Below, in pieces: positions 8,633 through 17,742 of a stretch of 64,000 bases of DNA; position 1 is the first letter of the stretch; the number at the start of each line of letters is the position of its first letter. The DNA lies in NCBI GenBank assembly GCA_964510015.1, contig CAZEAA010000002.1, positions 427 through 64,426 of the forward strand. Direction: 5' to 3'. Position numbers and translations under genes: made by a program. Source of the stretch: an uncultured Sandaracinaceae bacterium (GTDB lineage Bacteria > Myxococcota_A > Polyangia > Polyangiales > Houyiibacteriaceae). The notes under the pieces were generated by a model. That model did no database searches. It worked only from the letters and a program-made list of their open reading frames with translations, and had not been told where the DNA came from.

Positions 8633-9373
8633 ATGAAGCAAGGACTACCCGAATCCCGGCGGACGCATTACCGGCGGCTGCGGTGCACGGCGCAACTGGC
8701 GCTCGTGCTCGTGGCGTGGCTGGCCGGCCTGGCCCCGGGCTCGGCCGCCGCCCAAGACAGCGCGCTCGTGATGATCGCCAGCATGGAGGGTGTGGCGCCG
8801 GAGGAGGCGCGCGCGGCCTTCGCGGTGTTGCTCGCCGAGTTGCGGGCGCGGCACGCCGCCGGCGATCTGCGCGCCGATGTCACCCGGGCTCCCGCCGAGA
8901 CGTTCGCGGCCTGCGAGCTGTCCCGCTGTCGGGCGTCGTTGATGCTGCGCTGGCACGCGTACGCGGTGGTGCTGGTCCACTTCGTCGCAGCGGGCGTCCA
9001 GCCCGTGACGGCGCCCCGCGTGGTGCTGGACGTCTTCGACGCCAGCGGGCAGCGCGCGGGTCAGGCGGCCATCGACCTCGTGGCCGGAGACACCGGCTCC
9101 TACGCGGAAGCCTTGCGGGCGGGGCTCGCGTCCGTGACGTTGCCGCGCCCCACCTTCGCGCCCCTGTTGGTGACGTGCGACGTGGACGCCGCGCGTGTGT
9201 TCGTGGACGAGCGGCCTCTCGGGGTCGTGCCCCTGGGCGCGCTGCGCGTGGCACCGGGACGTCATCGGCTGCGCGTGCTCGCGCCCGGCCATCTCCCTCA
9301 CGAGCAGACCATCGACGTGCCCCCGACCGGTGCGCGCGTGGACTTGCGTCTGCGGCCGGAGGGAGGCTCGTGA
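8633..9373 (+). CDS. PEGA-domain secreted protein
   Basis: Track ORF 8561..9373. The start is set at ATG 8633 (MKQGL..., signal LALVLVAWLAGLAPGSAAA); 8612 is also possible. The C-terminal VFVDERPLGVVPLGALRVAPGRHRLRV is PEGA-like. Confidence 0.55.
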   Translation: MKQGLPESRRTHYRRLRCTAQLALVLVAWLAGLAPGSAAAQDSALVMIASMEGVAPEEARAAFAVLLAELRARHAAGDLRADVTRAPAETFAACELSRCRASLMLRWHAYAVVLVHFVAAGVQPVTAPRVVLDVFDASGQRAGQAAIDLVAGDTGSYAEALRAGLASVTLPRPTFAPLLVTCDVDAARVFVDERPLGVVPLGALRVAPGRHRLRVLAPGHLPHEQTIDVPPTGARVDLRLRPEGGS

Positions 9374-10500
9374 GCCAATCGGCGAGTGCCCTCGCGGCGG
9401 GCCTGGTCGCCGTCTTCGTGGTCGCTGGAGGGGCTGGCTGCGCGTCGGCGCCACCTCCCCACGTGCAGCGCGCCACCACGGACGGAGTGGAGACCGGCCC
9501 CTACGTCTCTCCTTATCAGTACGAGCACTACCTGCGCGGGGAGCTCGCCCTCGCCGAGGGGCAGCCTGCGGTCGCGGCCGCCGAGTTCGCCCTGGCGCGC
9601 ACGGGCTCGGCGGATGACGCCTTCCTGCGCGCGCGCCACGCCCAGGCGCTGACGGAGGCGGGCGACTGGGAGCGCGCCGGCCGTGTGCTCGACGACTCGC
9701 TCACCCTCTTTCCAGGCTCGCTCGACCTGCACCTCGCGCAGGCTCGCTGGGCGGAAGGGCAGGGGCGTGATGACGAGGCTCTCGGGGCGCTCCGCCGTGC
9801 GGAGCAGGTGGCCCCCCGCTCGCCGCTCGCGCCGCTGGCCCACGCCAAGCTGCTCTCGCGCTTGGGACGCGACGACGAAGCGCAGGCCGTACTGGAAGCG
9901 TTCCTGCTCCGCAGCGCCGATCCGCAGGCGCGTGCGGTGCGCCTCGAGCTCGCGCTGCGGCGCGGTGACCTCGACCTGGCGGTCCAGCTGGTGCGCGCCT
10001 CACCGCCGCCACCCGGCGCGCCGACCTCCGTCGTGCGCGTGGCCCAGCTGGCGCTCGAGCGGGGGCGCCCCGACCTCGCCATCGACCTCTTGCAGCGGTC
10101 GACGCGTGCCGACGAGCGCGTCTTGCGCATCCGAGCGTACGCCCAGGCAGGCCGCTACGAGGAGGCCGAGGCCCAGCTGGCGGTCGCGCAGGATGGCGAC
10201 CTCGGTGGTGTCGAAGAGCGCGCCGCCCTGTACTTGTTGGTTCGGCGCGCCGACGTGGCGCTCGAGCTGCTGGGCGAGTGCGTGGCGCGCCCCGAAGCGG
10301 CGGCGCCGCGGGAGGCGCTGCTGATCGGAGCGTGCCTCCTGCAGCTGGGCCGGCCGAGCGAGGCGGCCAGCTGGCTCGCCCGCGTGCCCCGCGACTCGAC
10401 GGACGGCGCCGCGGCCAGGACCGAGCTGGTCGAGGCGCTGCGCGTCGCTGGGCTCCCCGCTCTGGCGGGCGAGCTGCTGGCCCGCACTGCGCGGCCGTAG
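9370..10500 (+). CDS. TPR-repeat lipoprotein
   Basis: This is the real part of track ORF 8584..10500. GTG 9370 overlaps the upstream TGA (GTGA) and is preceded by GGAGGGAGG. The lipobox is VVAGGAGC, and the protein is Ala/Leu-rich with TPR-like helices throughout. Confidence 0.65.
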   Translation: MSQSASALAAGLVAVFVVAGGAGCASAPPPHVQRATTDGVETGPYVSPYQYEHYLRGELALAEGQPAVAAAEFALARTGSADDAFLRARHAQALTEAGDWERAGRVLDDSLTLFPGSLDLHLAQARWAEGQGRDDEALGALRRAEQVAPRSPLAPLAHAKLLSRLGRDDEAQAVLEAFLLRSADPQARAVRLELALRRGDLDLAVQLVRASPPPPGAPTSVVRVAQLALERGRPDLAIDLLQRSTRADERVLRIRAYAQAGRYEEAEAQLAVAQDGDLGGVEERAALYLLVRRADVALELLGECVARPEAAAPREALLIGACLLQLGRPSEAASWLARVPRDSTDGAAARTELVEALRVAGLPALAGELLARTARP

Positions 10501-10510
10501 GGCTGGCCCG

Positions 10511-10939
10511 TCAGCGCATGCCCTCGGGCATGTCCTGAGCCTGCCCGATGAACATCAGCAGCACGGCACCGCCGCCTTGTCCCGCCGGTTCGAGGGTGAT
10601 GTTCCAACGCGCGAGCTGCTCGCCGCTGACCAGGCGCTCTCCGTCGAAGCTGAAGAACGTGCGTCCGTCCGGGAACACCACGATGGAGAAGTGGCGTCGC
10701 GCGATCATCCGCGCGGGAGGCTCGGAGACGGCCTGCGCGATGCCCACCAGACCGAGGATGATGGGCACTTCGTCGCCGGGCTCGAAGTCGTACCAGATGA
10801 TCTGGTTCGACTGGGCGGCGGCTTCGAGGTCCGCGGCGGACGCCTGGGAGAAGCGGACGTGGGGCCCTGCGGAGCGTGGCCCGCAAGCCGTGAGGGTGAG
10901 CACGGCGAGGACGAGAGACAGTGACGAAATGTAGCGCAT
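10511..10939 (-). CDS. Small lipoprotein, unknown function (142 aa)
   Basis: Track ORF 10511..11032. ATG 10939 is preceded by AAGGAGG and gives MRYISSLSLVLAVLTLTAC. Confidence 0.6.
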   Translation of the reverse strand: MRYISSLSLVLAVLTLTACGPRSAGPHVRFSQASAADLEAAAQSNQIIWYDFEPGDEVPIILGLVGIAQAVSEPPARMIARRHFSIVVFPDGRTFFSFDGERLVSGEQLARWNITLEPAGQGGGAVLLMFIGQAQDMPEGMR

Positions 10940-11052
10940 GAAGCCTCCTTGCAAGGGCGGCACGCTACATGCGTCAGGGCGTGGATGTCGATGCCCAAGT
11001 GCAGCGAGCGGCCCGAGCGGCGGCCTCGGCAAGGAGCGGGTCTGCGGCGGTG

Positions 11053-11661
11053 CTAGTACTCGCCGAACAGGTCCTGGATGCGGACATCCAGGGCGGACGC
11101 GATCTTGTACAGCGAGCTGATGCTGGCGCTCGACTCGGCGCGCTCGATCTGGCTGAGCAGCGACACGCTGAGGTTGGTGCGCCGCGAGAGCAGCTTGAGC
11201 GTGAGCCCGGCGTCCTTGCGGAGGCGGCGGATGGACTCGCCGATGACCTTGTGCAGGTCCTCCTCGGGGGTGCGCGAGAGGCCCTTCTTGCGGAGCACGC
11301 GCTCGAGCACGGCGCGGAACTCGTCCGGGTTGAACGGCTTCTTCAGGTAGTCGACCGCGTCGAGCTTCATGCTCTGGACGGCGGTGTCGAGCGAGGGATA
11401 GCCGGTGAAGATCACCACGGCGATGTCCTTGTCCACACGGCGGACGCGCTCGAGGACCTCCACGCCGTCCATCTTGGGCATCATGAGATCCAGTACCAGC
11501 AGATGGTATCCGCCAGCTCGGACCGTCTCTTCCACTGCCTGCGGATCGTTCAAGGTCGTGACCTCGAAGCCATCCGCGGTGAGGAAGGTCTCCATGAATT
11601 CACAGATGGCTTTGTCGTCGTCGACGACCAGCACACGGACTTGTTGGGGCAGCTTCGGCAT
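11053..11661 (-). CDS. Response regulator, REC domain fused to XRE (Cro/C1) HTH
   Basis: Track ORF 11053..11766, which runs into the tRNA. The start is set at ATG 11661 (MPKLPQQVRVLVVDDD). REC motifs are DLMMPKMDG and KKPF. The C-terminal LTLKLLSRRTNLSVSLLSQIERAES is XRE-type. Confidence 0.8.
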   Translation of the reverse strand: MPKLPQQVRVLVVDDDKAICEFMETFLTADGFEVTTLNDPQAVEETVRAGGYHLLVLDLMMPKMDGVEVLERVRRVDKDIAVVIFTGYPSLDTAVQSMKLDAVDYLKKPFNPDEFRAVLERVLRKKGLSRTPEEDLHKVIGESIRRLRKDAGLTLKLLSRRTNLSVSLLSQIERAESSASISSLYKIASALDVRIQDLFGEY

Positions 11662-11730
11662 AGTTACGTTCCCGTAAGGCTGGACCAAACCCTCGATTGG
11701 GCCAACTATATTTTCGCTGCGGGAAGAAAA

Positions 11731-11807
11731 TGGTCGGGGCGAGAGGATTCGAACCTCCGGCCTCACGGTCCCGAACCGTGCGCGCTACCAAACTGCGCTA
11801 CGCCCCG
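11731..11807 (-). tRNA. tRNA-Pro (anticodon CGG), CCA encoded
   Basis: The minus strand reads CGGGGCG-TA-GCGC-AGTTTGGTA-GCGC-G-CACGG-TTCGGGA-CCGTG-AGGCC-GGAGG-TTCGAAT-CCTCT-CGCCCCG-A-CCA. All four stems pair, and the total is 77 nt. Confidence 0.95.
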
Positions 11808-11846
11808 TTTGAGCCGGGCGGAACCTAGCTCCCGACCCAGGGGCTG

Positions 11847-13244
11847 TCAACGAATGAAACGAAATACTTGGTAGGCGTCGGCGCTGCCGTCCACGCCCGC
11901 GGTCCACGGACCGATGCGCACCGCGCCATCGGCGTCCGGCAGCACGCAAGACGCTTCGTGGAAGGGCTCAGCGCGCAGTCCGAGCGCCTCGGCGGCCTGT
12001 GTCACCAGCGCCCCTTCCTCCATCAAGGGCGAGCACACCGCGTAGACCAACACGCCACCGGGGCGCAGCAGACGCGCGGCGTTCGCGAGCAGGCGACCCT
12101 GCACCTGGCCCATGCGCGCCGGATCCTCGGGCGTGAGCCGCAGCAGCAGCTCCGGCCGGCGGTGGAACGTCCCGGCCCCGGTGCAGGGTGCGTCCAGTAG
12201 CACGCGATCGAATTTCCCCTCGAGGCCTGCGCAGCCCACCTCAAGGTTGGCGCACACCAAGTCCACCTCGGTCTGGCAGCCCACGCGCTGCAGCGCCGCT
12301 GGAATCTGTTCGAGGCGTGCTTCGTGGAGCTCGATGGCGCTCACGTGGCCCGTGCGACCCACCGCCTCGGCCAGCTGCAGCGTCTTGCCGCCGCGTCCCG
12401 CGCAGGCGTCCGCCACGCGCTCGCCCGGCTGTGCGCCGACCAGGGCGCCCACCAGCTGCGAGCCGATCTCCTGCACCACGAAGTCGCCGCGCTCGAAGCC
12501 GGCGAGGCTGCGCGGGTCGCCCACGCGTCGAGCCCGCAGCGCCGTGGTGGGCGTGGCGAGGCGCTCGAACGCGCGACCCGCGGTGCCGGCTCCATTGCCC
12601 GACTCGTCAGGCTCGGCATGGAGCTCATCTTCCCCACGCAGCCCCGCGAGCACGGCGTCCACATCGCGGCCGGCTGACACACGCAGATCCAGTGGGGGCG
12701 GCAGGGGGCGCGCCGAGATCAACGTCGCGGCGCGCTCTTGGCCCAGCGACGTGGTCAGCGCCCGCGCGAACCAGGCGGGCAGGGCCACGCTCGTGGGCGG
12801 CGCCGGATGCTCGGGCCGCTCGGCCGCGAGCCCCCGCAGCACGGCGTTCACGAAGCCCGCCACGCGCTGACCGCGCGCCTCGCGCACCGCGTTGACGCTG
12901 GCGTTCACGGCCGCGTGGGGCGGCACGCGCGAGAGGTGCTGCAGCTGATAGACCCCCACCCGCAGCGCGGCCCGGGTCAGCGCGTCCACACGACCGCCGC
13001 GGCTGAGGCGCGCCTCGATGCGGGCGTCCAGGTTCGGCAGCGTCCGCAACACGCCGTAGACGATCTCGGCGGCCAGCGCTGCGTCGCGCCCGCTCACCTG
13101 GCGGCGCACCAGCTCCGCGTCGAGCGCGCGGCTGGCCCAGGCTTCCTCTTGGTCCACCCGGCGCAGCACCTCGATGGCCACGGCCCGCGCGTCGGGGCTC
13201 AGGGGGCGCTGTGGATCGCGGGGAGATCGGGGGTGTCCGGCCAT
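11847..13244 (-). CDS. rsmB: 16S rRNA (cytosine967-C5)-methyltransferase RsmB/Sun
   Basis: Track ORF, 465 aa. It has an N-terminal NusB-like region and a SAM-MTase core (DACAGRGGKT, DAPCTGAGT, YAVCS). The annotated start overlaps rseP by 46 bp, so the true start is uncertain. Confidence 0.85.
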   Translation of the reverse strand: MAGHPRSPRDPQRPLSPDARAVAIEVLRRVDQEEAWASRALDAELVRRQVSGRDAALAAEIVYGVLRTLPNLDARIEARLSRGGRVDALTRAALRVGVYQLQHLSRVPPHAAVNASVNAVREARGQRVAGFVNAVLRGLAAERPEHPAPPTSVALPAWFARALTTSLGQERAATLISARPLPPPLDLRVSAGRDVDAVLAGLRGEDELHAEPDESGNGAGTAGRAFERLATPTTALRARRVGDPRSLAGFERGDFVVQEIGSQLVGALVGAQPGERVADACAGRGGKTLQLAEAVGRTGHVSAIELHEARLEQIPAALQRVGCQTEVDLVCANLEVGCAGLEGKFDRVLLDAPCTGAGTFHRRPELLLRLTPEDPARMGQVQGRLLANAARLLRPGGVLVYAVCSPLMEEGALVTQAAEALGLRAEPFHEASCVLPDADGAVRIGPWTAGVDGSADAYQVFRFIR

Positions 13245-14902
13245 AGGCGCTCGAGGTCGTTCTTGAAGGCGATCGCCATCATGAGCAAGAGCAGCACCAG
13301 GCCCACCAGCCCCGCTTGCTCACGCCTGCGCCGCGACACCGGGCGGCGCAACACGGTCTCCACGAAGAAGAAGAGCAGGTGCCCTCCGTCCAGCATGGGG
13401 ATGGGCAGCAGGTTGAGGATGCCGAGGTTCACGCTCACGAAGGCCATCAGGCGCAGGTAGTCGCTGGCTCCCGCCTGGGCGGCGCGCCCGGTCTCTTCGT
13501 ACACGCTGATGGGACCGCCGATCGACTTCACGGTGATGCGCCCCTGGAAGAGCCGCAGCAGCGAGTACAACGTCAGCTCGACCATGCGGCGCGTCTCGTC
13601 GATGGCCACGCCGCTCGCGTGGGCGACTTCGTGCTCGGGCGAGACGGCAGGCAGGATGGTGACCGGCCGGAACCCGTCGATGCCGAAGACCACGCGGTCG
13701 TACAGCTCGCCGTGGGGCGTGATGCCCTGGGCGCGCGGCAGGGTCACGTGGCCTTCGTGCAGGCGGTCGCCACGGCGCCACTCGATGCGGTGCGAGGCGC
13801 CCTCCTGACCGCTGAGCCGTTCCACCACGTCGGCCCATACGCGCACCACGTGGCCGTCCACCGTGATGATGCGGTCCCCGGGCAAGAGGCCCATGCGGTG
13901 TTCGGCGGACCCGGCGCGCACGTAGGACACATAGGTGGCGGCGCTCTCGAGGCCCACGCGATGCAGGGCGTCACCCGCTCCCGGAGGAGCGACCAACGAG
14001 GTGAACTGCGGACGATAGATGTCCATCTCCACGAGCCCGCCGAGCGCACGCTCGAGGCGCTCCGGCCGCAGCAGCGTGACGGGGATGAGCGCCTGCGTGC
14101 CGAGCGGTCCGCGCGCTTGCTGCAGGGTCTCGATGCGCGTCCCGCCGAGGCCCAGGATGCGGTCGAAGGTGCGGATGCCCGAGCGCGCGGCCACGCTCGC
14201 CGGAGACGTGACGCCCACGATGGGCAGCGGGCTCGCGGGGCTGATGCCCACCAGGCCCACGCGCTCCACCACGCCCAGCTCCGGGATGCGCGCGCTCTCG
14301 CCGGGCGCCGCCAGCAGCACCTCGGCCCAGCGCTCGCGCTCGCCACGTGGCGCCCCGCCGCCGCGCTCGCGCTCGATCTCGAAGACCACCAGCTCGCCCG
14401 GATGCTCGCGCACGATGTGGGAAACGGCGCTGAATGTAGACACCGGCTCACCGTTCACGGCGACCACGCGATCCCCGGGCAGGATCAGCCCGTCGGCCGG
14501 CATGCCCGGACGCACGGAGCCCACCTCGGACGGCGTGAGCGTGGCGTCCGCCCCCAGCGTGACGAAAAAGAAGAGCGCCAGCGGGAAGCACAGGTTCATG
14601 GCCGGCCCCGCCAGCACGATGACCACGCGGCGCCACACCGACTGCGCATAGAAGCTGCGGGGGCGGTCCTCTGCGCGCACGTAGTCGCGCGGGCTTTCGC
14701 CGAGCATGCGCACGTAGCCCCCGAGCGGCAGGACCCCCACGCGATAGACCGTGTCACCCCACTTGGCCGAGACGAGCGTCGGGCCGAACCCCAGGCTGAA
14801 CGTCTCGACCTTGACACCGAACAGCTTGGCCCAGGTGAAGTGGCCGAGCTCGTGGACGAAGATCAGCACTCCCACGAGCATCACGAAGTAGACGAGGTTC
14901 AT
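13199..14902 (-). CDS. rseP: RIP metalloprotease RseP (site-2 protease, M50, with PDZ domains)
   Basis: Track ORF, 567 aa. HELGH is in the first TM region and the C-terminal motif NLLPIPMLDGGH is present. Confidence 0.9.
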   Translation of the reverse strand: MNLVYFVMLVGVLIFVHELGHFTWAKLFGVKVETFSLGFGPTLVSAKWGDTVYRVGVLPLGGYVRMLGESPRDYVRAEDRPRSFYAQSVWRRVVIVLAGPAMNLCFPLALFFFVTLGADATLTPSEVGSVRPGMPADGLILPGDRVVAVNGEPVSTFSAVSHIVREHPGELVVFEIERERGGGAPRGERERWAEVLLAAPGESARIPELGVVERVGLVGISPASPLPIVGVTSPASVAARSGIRTFDRILGLGGTRIETLQQARGPLGTQALIPVTLLRPERLERALGGLVEMDIYRPQFTSLVAPPGAGDALHRVGLESAATYVSYVRAGSAEHRMGLLPGDRIITVDGHVVRVWADVVERLSGQEGASHRIEWRRGDRLHEGHVTLPRAQGITPHGELYDRVVFGIDGFRPVTILPAVSPEHEVAHASGVAIDETRRMVELTLYSLLRLFQGRITVKSIGGPISVYEETGRAAQAGASDYLRLMAFVSVNLGILNLLPIPMLDGGHLLFFFVETVLRRPVSRRRREQAGLVGLVLLLLMMAIAFKNDLERLWPDTPDLPAIHSAP

Positions 14903-14960
14903 CGGACGAGCGGTGCGAGATGGAACGAGCGCGAGCCAAGGGGGCGCTCCCGGTGTATCC

Positions 14961-14988
14961 TGGCACGTATTATTGGCACACGCGTGCC
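14961..14988 (+). promoter_or_regulatory. Clustered TGGCAC half-sites (TGGCAC-N7-TGGCAC-ACGC-GTGCC); sigma54-like or activator site candidate
   Basis: TGGCAC occurs at 14961-66 and 14974-79, with the inverted arm GTGCC at 14984-88. The cluster lies 25-50 nt upstream of ATG 15013. The spacing does not fit the strict TGGCAC-N5-TTGC consensus. Confidence 0.2.
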
Positions 14989-15012
14989 GAGCCCATGGAA
15001 AGGCACTCGACT

Positions 15013-16422
15013 ATGAAGACGCGAAACGCTTCTGTGCGTAATTTCAGCCTGCGCGACCACCTGATGGGCTTGGTGGCCCTCGCCCCCCTCGCCGCGTTCG
15101 CGGTTGGCTGCGGGGGTAGCAGCGACACGTTCGAGACCAACAACTGTAGCGACTTCGACTCGGCCAACTGCGTGGAGATCGAGGGCGGCGACGCGGCCGC
15201 GCTGCTCACCGCCGTCAACACGCTCGAAGACGACACCACGGTCATCCTCGGGCCTGGCACCTTCGTGTTCACCAACCAGGTGACCATCCGCGCCAACGGC
15301 ATCAACTTCGTGGGGCAAGGCATCGAGGAGACCACGCTCTCGTTCACCGACGCGGCGGCGCAGTCCAACGGCGTGGACGCGGTGGGCGACGACTTCCTCA
15401 TCCAGGACCTCACCGTGCTGGACGCCAAGAAGGATGGCATCCGCGTCGAGAACAGCGCGGGCGTCACCTTCCGCCGCATCCGGGCGACGTGGACCAGCCC
15501 GGGCCTGTCGAGCAACGGGGCGTACGGCATCTACCCCGTCCACAGCAGCGAGGTCCTCGTGGAGGACAGCTTCGCGTACAACGCGTCGGACGCCGGCCTC
15601 TACGTGGGCCAGTGCCGCAACGTGGTGGTGCGCCGCAACGAGGTCCGCGGAAACGTCGCCGGACTCGAGATCGAGAACACTCAGTACGCGGACGTCTACG
15701 AGAACCACGCCGAAGACAACACCGGCGGCATCGTGGTCTTCGACCTCCCGGGCAACCCCGTCGTGGGTCGCGACGTGCACCTCCACGACAACACCATCAT
15801 TCGCAACAACCGTCGCAACTTCGCGCCGGGTGGCACCGTGGCGCAGATCCCGCCGGGCACCGGCACGTTCGTGATGGCCTCGCGGCGGGTCGTGATCAGC
15901 GACAACCGCTACGAAGAGAACAACGCCGTGGACATCGCGATCATCAGCGGCCTGATCCTCGAGGAGAACCCGCCGGAAGATTGGGAGCTGGACCCCGCGG
16001 TGCTGGAGGACATCGACGACCTCGGCCTGCTCCCCGGCCCCGTCAGGACGGACTACGTGACCAACTATCGCACGGAGAACATCGTCATCTCGGGCAACAT
16101 GCACATCAACCCCGGCTCCTCGTACACGCTCACGCTGCTCTTCGGCCAGCTGCTGGCGGTGCTCTACGGAGACGAGCCGTCGGACTCGGTGCTCTACGAC
16201 ACCATCGGTGAGTCCATGTTCGATGCCGAGGTGGCCGCGAACAACTCGAACGACAACCACATCTGCGTCGGTGGCAACACCAACGGCAGCTTCGCCAGCT
16301 TCGACGCCCCCAACCAGCCCGGCGGCCCGTTCCTGCAGATCGACGCGGCCCCGTTCGCGCCGTTCGACTGCACCACGCTGGCCGGTGGCGAGCTCGAAGT
16401 CTGGAACCCCGAAGCCCCATGA
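15013..16422 (+). CDS. Parallel beta-helix repeat lipoprotein (TIGR03805-like)
   Basis: Track ORF 14920..16422. The start is ATG 15013 (MKTRN...LAAFAVGC lipobox). The protein shows repeated beta-helix turns (VENSAGVTFRRI, VEDSFAYNASDAGLYV, VRRNEVRGNVAGLEIEN, VYENHAEDNTGGIVVF). Confidence 0.7.
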   Translation: MKTRNASVRNFSLRDHLMGLVALAPLAAFAVGCGGSSDTFETNNCSDFDSANCVEIEGGDAAALLTAVNTLEDDTTVILGPGTFVFTNQVTIRANGINFVGQGIEETTLSFTDAAAQSNGVDAVGDDFLIQDLTVLDAKKDGIRVENSAGVTFRRIRATWTSPGLSSNGAYGIYPVHSSEVLVEDSFAYNASDAGLYVGQCRNVVVRRNEVRGNVAGLEIENTQYADVYENHAEDNTGGIVVFDLPGNPVVGRDVHLHDNTIIRNNRRNFAPGGTVAQIPPGTGTFVMASRRVVISDNRYEENNAVDIAIISGLILEENPPEDWELDPAVLEDIDDLGLLPGPVRTDYVTNYRTENIVISGNMHINPGSSYTLTLLFGQLLAVLYGDEPSDSVLYDTIGESMFDAEVAANNSNDNHICVGGNTNGSFASFDAPNQPGGPFLQIDAAPFAPFDCTTLAGGELEVWNPEAP

Positions 16423-17600
16423 GTCAGCGCGGACTTCGCTCTTTTCGAGGGCGGGAAGTATGTGCGGTGCTCGGCCTGGTGACGCTGCTGGGCATCGCCG
16501 GCTGCGGCGGCGACTCGTCGGGCGGCTTCGACGACTCTCGGCCGCCGCGTGTCTCGCTGACTGGGGCCACGCCAGAACGCCTCTCGGACTACAACCTGCT
16601 CGCCTACGACGGCGACGGTCAGTTTCGCTACAACACGCGCGTTGTCCCCTATGACCTGAACACGCCGCTCTTCAGCGACTACGCACTGAAGGACCGCGCC
16701 ATCTACGTTCCAGAGGGCAGCAGCGCCACCTACACCGACACCGGCGTGTTGGAGTTCCCCGTGGGCACCGTCCTGATCAAGAGCTTCTCCGTGGCCGCCG
16801 ATCTGCGCAGCCCGGACGAGAACCGCACACTGGTCGAGACGCGCTTGCTGATCCACTTCGAGGATGGCTGGCGCGCGTTCCCCTACATCTGGAACGAAGC
16901 GCAGACCGAGGCGTTCTTCAGCCCGGCAGGTGAAGTTCGACCCATCTCCTTCATCGACGCCGAAGGCGAGGAGCAGGTCGCCAACTACCTGTTCCCGCAG
17001 CGCAACCAGTGCCAGTCGTGCCACGAGCGTCGCGATGACGACGGCACCACGCGCATCGTTCCGGTGGGTCCGAAGGCGCGCAACCTGAACCGTGACTACG
17101 ACTACGGTGCGGGGGTGGGAACCGTAAACCAGCTCACGCGGCTGGCGGACACGGGGCTCCTCACGGGCCTTCCAAGCCTGTCGGAAGTCGACGCCGCTTT
17201 CGACTTTGCGGTCATCGAAGCGGATGGCGTGGCGAGCCTCGGCAGCGCCGACCTCGATGAGGCTGCGCGCACCTACCTGGACGTCAACTGCGCGCACTGC
17301 CACAACCCCAACGGGGTGCAGGGCATCACCTCGCAGCTCTTCCTGAACTACGAGAGCGAAGACCTCTTTCGCCTCGGTTACTGCAAGCGGCCGGGTAGCG
17401 CCGGTTCTGGCACGGGCGGGCACACCTACGACATCGTGCCAGGGAACCCCGACGAGTCGATCTTGGTATTCCGGGTGGAGACCGAGGAAGCGGGGGCCAT
17501 GATGCCGCTGCTGGGGCGGTCGCTCCAACACCGCAGGGGTGCAGAGCTGCTGCGTGCCTGGGTGGCTGACATGCCAGCCCAGGACTGCAGCGCACCGTAG
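16419..17600 (+). CDS. Diheme c-type cytochrome, SO_2930/HNE_0200 family-like (TIGR03806-like)
   Basis: Track ORF, 393 aa with an ATGA overlap with the upstream gene. It has two CxxCH motifs (CQSCH, CAHCH) and the lipobox LLGIAGC. This family is known to pair with TIGR03805 beta-helix proteins. Confidence 0.7.
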   Translation: MSQRGLRSFRGREVCAVLGLVTLLGIAGCGGDSSGGFDDSRPPRVSLTGATPERLSDYNLLAYDGDGQFRYNTRVVPYDLNTPLFSDYALKDRAIYVPEGSSATYTDTGVLEFPVGTVLIKSFSVAADLRSPDENRTLVETRLLIHFEDGWRAFPYIWNEAQTEAFFSPAGEVRPISFIDAEGEEQVANYLFPQRNQCQSCHERRDDDGTTRIVPVGPKARNLNRDYDYGAGVGTVNQLTRLADTGLLTGLPSLSEVDAAFDFAVIEADGVASLGSADLDEAARTYLDVNCAHCHNPNGVQGITSQLFLNYESEDLFRLGYCKRPGSAGSGTGGHTYDIVPGNPDESILVFRVETEEAGAMMPLLGRSLQHRRGAELLRAWVADMPAQDCSAP

Positions 17601-17624
17601 AGCGGCTCTTCCGAGCGAGTGTCG

Positions 17625-17651
17625 CGAGCCCGCGAATCTTTCTCGGGCTCG
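17625..17651 (+). terminator. Hairpin CGAGCCCG-N11-CGGGCTCG downstream of the cytochrome gene
   Basis: An 8-bp perfect stem lies 25 nt after the stop at 17600. There is no U-tract, so intrinsic-terminator status is uncertain. Confidence 0.3.
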
Positions 17652-17742
17652 GGACGTCCTACCGCGGACACCAGCCGGCCACGCCGTTTCTGCCGGGATG
17701 AAACCTCGGCCGAAGGGGCGTAAGCTCCGCTCGAAACCCGCC

